A stretch of DNA of 64,000 bases, taken from positions 3,839 to 67,838 of the forward strand of contig DATBLA010000040.1 in NCBI GenBank assembly GCA_036555645.1, read 5' to 3'. This document shows positions 57,578 to 64,000 of the stretch, in pieces. The notes under the pieces are model-generated. The model had not been told where the DNA came from. It saw nothing but the letters and a program-made list of their open reading frames with translations, and ran no database searches. A program made the position numbers and the translations under genes. How positions within the stretch are numbered: position 1 is the first letter of the stretch; each line of letters begins with the position of its first letter. Source of the DNA: Actinomycetota bacterium (lineage in GTDB: Bacteria > Actinomycetota > UBA4738 > HRBIN12).

Positions 57578-58558
57578 TCAGCCACCCGTTCTGGGATCGA
57601 GGGCGTCCCGCAACCCGTCCCCGACCAGGTTGAACGCCAGCGTGGTCAGGAACAGGAAGAACCCGGGGAACAGCATCATCCACCAGGCCACGGTGAAGAT
57701 CGTCCCCGCGTCCGAGAGCTGCTGCCCCCACGAGGGGGTGTCGGGAGGGACCCCGATCCCCAGGAAGGACAGCGCCGCCTCGAACAGGATGTTGCTCGGG
57801 ATGATGAGCGTCGTGTAGACGATGATCGGGGCGGCCACGTTCGGCAGGATCTCCCGGAACATGATCCGCCGGTTGGAGGACCCCATCGACCGGGCGGCCT
57901 CGATGAACTCCTTCTCGCGCAGGGACAGCACCTGCCCGCGCACGATCCTGGCGATGTACGGCCACGTGAACAGACCGATCACGTAGCTCACGAGCAGCAG
58001 CCCCGGCTTGATCAGCCCGCCCAGGCAGCCGTCGGCCTGGAGCCCGCAGGCGGAGACGAGCCCGAGCGAGAGCAGCAGGATCGGCAGCGACAGGACCACG
58101 TCGATCGTCCGAGAGATGATCGTGTCGGTCCGGCCCCGGTAGAACCCCGCGATCATCCCGAGGGTCACGCCGATCAGCGTGGCCAGGCCCGTGGCGAAGA
58201 ACGCGATGAACAGCGAGGTCCGCGCGCCGTAGGCCACGCGAACCATGAGATCGCGGCCGGCCGTGTCGACGCCGAACCAGAAGTCGCTCTGGGGACCCGT
58301 CGGGATGCCGAACGAGTCGAGCCGGTCCAGGAACACGGCGTTCGGGCCGTGGAACACGCTGGCGATCACCGGGGCGAGCAGCGCGATCGTGATCATCAGC
58401 GCCACGATGACCAGGCCCATGAGCGCGAACTTGTCCTTGCGGAACCTGCGCCAGAACAGTTCCCAGGGCGAGCGCCCGACGACCTGCTGTGGGACCTCGA
58501 CGCTCAACTCCGGCTCGGTCGGGATCCCGGCAGCCGGCTCGGAGGTCACCTGGGCCAT
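57578..58558 (-). CDS. Peptide ABC transporter permease (DppC/OppC-type with N-terminal extension)
   Basis: N-terminal extension plus TM (FALMGLVIVALMITIALLAPVIA), then the conserved permease core. 326 aa. Confidence 0.85.
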   Translation of the reverse strand: MAQVTSEPAAGIPTEPELSVEVPQQVVGRSPWELFWRRFRKDKFALMGLVIVALMITIALLAPVIASVFHGPNAVFLDRLDSFGIPTGPQSDFWFGVDTAGRDLMVRVAYGARTSLFIAFFATGLATLIGVTLGMIAGFYRGRTDTIISRTIDVVLSLPILLLSLGLVSACGLQADGCLGGLIKPGLLLVSYVIGLFTWPYIARIVRGQVLSLREKEFIEAARSMGSSNRRIMFREILPNVAAPIIVYTTLIIPSNILFEAALSFLGIGVPPDTPSWGQQLSDAGTIFTVAWWMMLFPGFFLFLTTLAFNLVGDGLRDALDPRTGG

Positions 58559-58723
58559 ATGAGCGTGGTCTCCTGCTCCCGGATGGGACGGCGCATCTTA
58601 GCCCCGGAGCGCGAAACGCACAACGCGCTCGATCCCCACTCTACGCTGCTCGTTTCCTCCGGGACTTTCGGGATCCTGCCCTTTCGCGTTCCCCTCGATC
58701 GCCGCCCGGACGTCGAGGCCGGA

Positions 58724-59494
58724 TCAGCGGTACTTCACGATGAGGGCGAACTCCTCCGGATCCAGGCTCGCGCCCCCGACGAGGGCCCCGTCGATCTCCG
58801 GATGCGCCATGAAGTCGCGGATGTTCCCCGGCTTCACGCTCCCCCCGTACTGGATCCTGACCGCATCGGCCACCGGCCGGCCGAACGACTCCGCGATCGT
58901 CTCCCGGATGAGGCCGATCACCTGGCCTGCGTCGGCCGGCTCGGCCGTGCGGCCGGTCCCGATGGCCCAGATCGGCTCGTACGCGATCACGAGGCGCGCC
59001 ACGTCGGTCGCGTCGACCCCTGCGAGGTCGGCCCCGACCTGAGACGGCACGACGTCCTCGGTCGCGCCCACGTCGCGCTGCGCGAGGGTCTCTCCGACGC
59101 ACAGGATCGGCGTCATCCCGTGCCCGAGGACCGCGCGCACCTTGCGGTTCACGTCCTCGTCGGTCTCGCCGGCATGCTCCCGGCGCTCCGAATGCCCGAC
59201 GATCACGTGGCCGACGCGCAGGGCCTGGAGCATCGGAGGCGAGATCGCTCCGGTGAACGCGCCCTGCTCCTGCCAGTGGACGTCCTGGGCGCCGAGCCCG
59301 AACGGCAGCCGGTCGCTCTGGATCAGCGTCTCGACCGAGCGAAGGGCGGTGAACGCGGGGCAGATGACGACCTCGACCTTGTCCGTGTCGGCCTCGTCGA
59401 CGAGGTACGAGAGCTTCTGGACCGCCTGGATCGCCTCGAGGTGCGTCAGGTGCATCTTCCAGTTCGCGGCGATGATGGGTTTGCGGGCGGTCAT
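58724..59494 (-). CDS. tpiA: Triosephosphate isomerase
   Basis: IIAANWKMH, catalytic HSERR-like VIVGHSERREH, AYEPIWAIGTG, GGASL. Confidence 0.95.
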   Translation of the reverse strand: MTARKPIIAANWKMHLTHLEAIQAVQKLSYLVDEADTDKVEVVICPAFTALRSVETLIQSDRLPFGLGAQDVHWQEQGAFTGAISPPMLQALRVGHVIVGHSERREHAGETDEDVNRKVRAVLGHGMTPILCVGETLAQRDVGATEDVVPSQVGADLAGVDATDVARLVIAYEPIWAIGTGRTAEPADAGQVIGLIRETIAESFGRPVADAVRIQYGGSVKPGNIRDFMAHPEIDGALVGGASLDPEEFALIVKYR

Positions 59495-60690
59495 CGGGCC
59501 TCCAGCACGGACAGGCCCGGGAGCTCGCGCCCCTCGAGGAACTCGAGCGAGGCGCCTCCCCCCGTCGACAGGTGATCGAACGACGCGCCCAGGCCGAAGC
59601 GCTTCACGGCCGCCAGGCTATCGCCGCCCCCGGCCACGGTGTAGGCGGTCGCGTTCGCGATCGCCTCGGCGACGCCGCGAGTGCCCGCCTGGAACGGCTC
59701 CAGCTCCACCACGCCCATCGGGCCGTTCCATAGGACCGTGCGGGCGCCGGCGATCACCTCGGCAAACGCCTCGACGGTGCGCGGACCGATGTCGAGCCCG
59801 AGGAGCCCCTCGGGAATCTCCGTGGCGGCCACCGTCGTCGTCGGCGCCTCCGCCGAGATCTCGGGAGCGGCGACGACGTCCTCCGGCAGCACGATCGCGA
59901 CCCCGCGCTCGGAAGCTCGCTCCCGCGCGGCGCGGACGTCGTCGAACCGCTCGGCCTCGAGGATGCTGCTTCCCACGTCGCCGCCCTCGGAGGCGAGGAA
60001 CGTGAAGGCCATCGCCCCGCCGATGAGGAGCGCGTCGACCCGTTCGACGAGGGCCCCGATCGTCGACAGCTTGTCCGAGACCTTCACGCCCCCCAGGACG
60101 GCCACGTACGGGCGCGCCGGGTCCTCGAGGAGCCGGTCGAGCGCCGAGACCTCACGCTCGACGAGCCGGCCTGCGACGGCCGGACGTCCCTGGTCGAGGA
60201 AGCGCTCCGGCAGGGCGGCCACGGACGCGTGCGCTCGGTGCGCGGCGCCGAAGGCGTCCCCGACGTAGACGTCGGCGAGCTCGCCGAGCTCCGCCGCGAG
60301 CGCGGGATCGTTCGCCTCCTCCCGCGGGTCGAACCGCAGGTTCTCCAGCACCACGACCTCGCCGGGCTCGACGTGGTCGCACACGGCTCGGGCGTCCGGG
60401 CCGGTGGACGCGTCGAGCGCGAGCACGTCGCGTTCGAGCAGCGAGCTCAGCCGATCCGCCACCGGCGCGAGCCGCAGCTCCTCGACGACGTGGCCCTTGG
60501 GCCTGCCGAGGTGCGAGGCGGCCACGACCGAGCACCCGAGGCCGAGGAGCTCGTTCACCGTCGGGATCGCCGCCCGGATCCGCGTGTCGTCGAGCACGTC
60601 GCCGCCCTCGAGCGGGACGTTCAGGTCGAGCCGGACGAACGCGCGCGACCCCGCGACCGCGCCGAGGTCCTCGAGCGTTCGCAGCGGCAC
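59491..60690 (-). CDS. pgk: Phosphoglycerate kinase
   Basis: FVRLDLNVPL, RPKG, LENLRF, GGGAS motifs. 399 aa. ATGA overlap with tpiA. Confidence 0.95.
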   Translation of the reverse strand: MPLRTLEDLGAVAGSRAFVRLDLNVPLEGGDVLDDTRIRAAIPTVNELLGLGCSVVAASHLGRPKGHVVEELRLAPVADRLSSLLERDVLALDASTGPDARAVCDHVEPGEVVVLENLRFDPREEANDPALAAELGELADVYVGDAFGAAHRAHASVAALPERFLDQGRPAVAGRLVEREVSALDRLLEDPARPYVAVLGGVKVSDKLSTIGALVERVDALLIGGAMAFTFLASEGGDVGSSILEAERFDDVRAARERASERGVAIVLPEDVVAAPEISAEAPTTTVAATEIPEGLLGLDIGPRTVEAFAEVIAGARTVLWNGPMGVVELEPFQAGTRGVAEAIANATAYTVAGGGDSLAAVKRFGLGASFDHLSTGGGASLEFLEGRELPGLSVLEAR

Positions 60691-60697
60691 GCGGAGC

Positions 60698-61738
<1,041 letters not shown>

Positions 61739-61800
61739 CTAGCCAAACGGGTTGCGTGCGCCGGATGCGGCGCGGCGGTCGCGGTGCGGCGGTCTCGGAC

Positions 61801-62892
61801 TCAGCGGTCGAGGTCGCGGTGATCCACGGAGGCCGGCAGCCCCGAGTCGCGGAAGAACCGCGCGAGGTCCTCGACGACGACGACCGACCGATGTCGCCCG
61901 CCGGTGCAGCCTACGGCGACCGTGAGGTAGGACTTCCCCTCCGCGACGAACCCGGGAACCATGAACTCCAGCAGCGAGCGCAGCTTGCGGAGGAACTCGC
62001 GGTACGACTGCTGCCCCTTCACGTAGCTCACGACCCGATCGTCCGTGCCGGGCAGCGGGCGGAGCTCGTCGACCCAGTGCGGGTTCGGGAGGAACCGGCA
62101 GTCGATCACGAGGTCGGCGTCGCGCGGCGCCCCGTACTTGTAGCCGAACGAGATGAGGCTCACCTGGAGGCTCTCCTCGGGCGGCGAATCGGCGAACGCG
62201 TCCCGGATCCGGTCGCGGAGCTCGTGCGGGGTGAGGCCCGACGTGTCGATGATGAGGTCCGCGTCCCCGCGCAGCCCCTCCATCATGAGTCGCTCCTTGC
62301 GGATCCCCTCGACGACCCGGTCGGCGGGCGCGAGGGGATGACGGCGCCGCGTGGACTCGTACCGGTTCACGAGGTCCTGGTCGGAGGCCTCGAGGAACAG
62401 GATCGCGTACGGGATCGAGAGCTCCTCGAGCTCCTCGAGCGCGCGGGAGAGCTCGCCGAAGAACACGCCTCCGCGCACGTCGAGGACGATCGCGACCCTC
62501 CCGGGACCGCCCGGACGCGAGGCCAGCTCGGCCATCTTCGGCAGCAGGGCCGGCGGGAGGTTGTCGACGACGAAGTAGCCGAGGTCCTCGAGGCAGTCGG
62601 AGGCCTCCGAGCGCCCGGCACCCGAGAGCCCGGTGATGATCGTGAAGCCCGGACCGGCCGGCCGCCGCCGGGTCCGCCCGGAGGGGCCGGACGGGCGCCG
62701 GTCCTGGAGCCGCCGAGGCGGATCCGCCGTCGCCTTGCGCTGCTTCGATGCTCCGCGCGCGGGCTCCGAGGGTGCCGGCGGCTCGGCGGGGGCGGGCGTC
62801 GCCGCCTCGATCGATGTGACGACCTCGGTGGGCTCGGCCACGACCGACGGCTCCGTCACGTCCTGCCTCCGCCGGCCCGCCGAGGTGCTCAC
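61801..62892 (-). CDS. rapZ: RNase adapter / nucleotide-binding protein RapZ (YvcJ) with ~80-aa Pro/Ala-rich N-terminal extension
   Basis: P-loop ITGLSGAGRS, VVDNLPP, C-terminal GCTGGRHRSV. GTG start overlaps the uvrC stop as GTGA. The ORF-track entry is extended to 63771. Confidence 0.8.
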   Translation of the reverse strand: MSTSAGRRRQDVTEPSVVAEPTEVVTSIEAATPAPAEPPAPSEPARGASKQRKATADPPRRLQDRRPSGPSGRTRRRPAGPGFTIITGLSGAGRSEASDCLEDLGYFVVDNLPPALLPKMAELASRPGGPGRVAIVLDVRGGVFFGELSRALEELEELSIPYAILFLEASDQDLVNRYESTRRRHPLAPADRVVEGIRKERLMMEGLRGDADLIIDTSGLTPHELRDRIRDAFADSPPEESLQVSLISFGYKYGAPRDADLVIDCRFLPNPHWVDELRPLPGTDDRVVSYVKGQQSYREFLRKLRSLLEFMVPGFVAEGKSYLTVAVGCTGGRHRSVVVVEDLARFFRDSGLPASVDHRDLDR

Positions 62893-64000
62893 GCGCTCTG
62901 CCTCCGGTCGGCCGGCGCGGCCCGCGTGAGGCGCTCGTGCACCGCGCGGGCGAGCTCGGGCCCGATCCCCGGCGTGTCCGCGATCTCGTCTTCGCTCGCG
63001 CGGGCGATCCGCGCGAGGGAGCCGAACCGCTTCAGGAGCGCCTTCTTGCGCGACGGACCCACCCCCGCGACGTCGTCGAGCGGCGATGCGAGCGCGCGCT
63101 TCGCCCGCTTCTCCCGGTGATACGTGATCGCGAAGCGGTGAGCCTCGTCGCGGATGTGCTGGAGGACGAACAGGGCCTCCGAGCCGCGCGGGATGAGCAG
63201 CGGGTCGGGACGATCGGGGAAGTAGACCTCCTCGAGCCGCTTCGCCAGCCCGATCGCCGGGACGTGCACGTCGAACTCGGCCAGCGCCTTCGTGGCGGCC
63301 GACAGCTGGCCGCGCCCGCCGTCGACGACGATGAGCGCGGGCGGGTAGGCGAACCGTCTCCGCTCCCCCGGCTCGCGATCGCGCACGAGCCTGGCGAGGC
63401 GGCGCCGGAGCATCTCTTCCATGCTTGCGAAATCGTCCTGTCCGGGGACGCCCTTGATCTCGAACCGCCGGTAGTCGCTCCGCTTGGGCAGCCCGTCCTC
63501 GAACACGACCATCGATCCGACCGTGTCGGTCGCGCCGAGGTTCGACACGTCGAAGCACTCGATCCGCAGCGGCGCCTGCTCGAGCTCGAGCACGGCGCCG
63601 AGCTCGGACAGCGCTCGGGACCGTGCTCCGAAATCCGATGCCCGGCGCAGCTTGTGGCGCTGGAAGTGCTCGCGGGCGTTCTGCGTCACGGTCTCCATGA
63701 GCTTCCGCTTCGTCCCGCGCTCGGGGACGGCGAAGCGCACGGGGCGCCCGTCGCGACGGAGCGTGAGCCACTCGGACAGGACGTCGGCGTCCGCCGGGAT
63801 CTCCGGGACGAGGACGCGAGGGGGCACGTCACCTCGCTGCATGTACATCTCGCGCAGGAACGAGCCGATGAGGCCGGGGCGGTCGAGGTCCTCCACGCGG
63901 TCGACGACCCACCCCCGGCGCCCCGTCACGCGGCCCCGCCGCACGAAGAAGACCTGGAACGCTGCCTCGAGGTCGTCCTCGGCCATGCCGACGATGTCGA
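62889..64000 (-). CDS. uvrC: Excinuclease ABC subunit C, C-terminal portion (5' end beyond the window)
   Basis: UvrC endonuclease domain plus C-terminal HhH2 (GIGPELARAVHERL); IECFDVSNLGATDTVGSMVVF. Confidence 0.85.
   Translation of the reverse strand, partial: DIVGMAEDDLEAAFQVFFVRRGRVTGRRGWVVDRVEDLDRPGLIGSFLREMYMQRGDVPPRVLVPEIPADADVLSEWLTLRRDGRPVRFAVPERGTKRKLMETVTQNAREHFQRHKLRRASDFGARSRALSELGAVLELEQAPLRIECFDVSNLGATDTVGSMVVFEDGLPKRSDYRRFEIKGVPGQDDFASMEEMLRRRLARLVRDREPGERRRFAYPPALIVVDGGRGQLSAATKALAEFDVHVPAIGLAKRLEEVYFPDRPDPLLIPRGSEALFVLQHIRDEAHRFAITYHREKRAKRALASPLDDVAGVGPSRKKALLKRFGSLARIARASEDEIADTPGIGPELARAVHERLTRAAPADRRQSA

Overview
High-GC (~70%) actinobacterial chromosomal window. Gene recognition relies on motif-level reading of the supplied six-frame ORFs. 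Many long ORFs in the track are Arg/Ala/Gly/Pro-rich antisense or alternate-frame artefacts and were rejected. Starts were chosen by counting back from ORF ends and are approximate.

Main content:
- A complete Pup-proteasome locus, all on the minus strand, in mycobacterial-like synteny: helY - tatC - tatA - pafC - pafB - pafA - prcA - prcB - pup - dop - arc/mpa.
- Next to it, trmI and an unusual ThiS/TtuB-like ubiquitin-fold domain fused in frame to a TtuA-like PP-loop tRNA thiolase.
- The left end has a fused Lnt-Ppm1 (partial), DUF4193, and an operon of a compact stand-alone reverse transcriptase plus a YtcJ-like amidohydrolase, divergent from an Lrp/AsnC regulator.
- Then an FtsH-like AAA metalloprotease and cysS.
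- A cytochrome P450 / di-iron desaturase-like / duplicated membrane-protein cluster with an M24 peptidase and a DAG-kinase-like lipid kinase.
- A tetrahydrofolate-dependent demethylation-type cluster: two GcvT-family aminomethyltransferase paralogs, metF, a MetV-like Cys-rich protein and a second YtcJ-like amidohydrolase.
- A CDP-glucose module (rfbF plus SAM methyltransferase), an ABC-F ATPase, a GT2 glycosyltransferase, a HAD hydrolase, a spermidine-synthase-like membrane protein and a RibD_C/DHFR-like protein.
- A GH1 beta-glucosidase bracketed by a complete tRNA-Leu(GAG) and a 59-bp duplicate of its 3' half, which looks like the scar of an integration site.
- secG, a five-gene peptide (Opp/Dpp-type) ABC transporter, tpiA-pgk-gap, rapZ and the 3' end of uvrC.

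The most novel candidates are the RT-amidohydrolase operon and the TtuB-TtuA fusion coupled to trmI.
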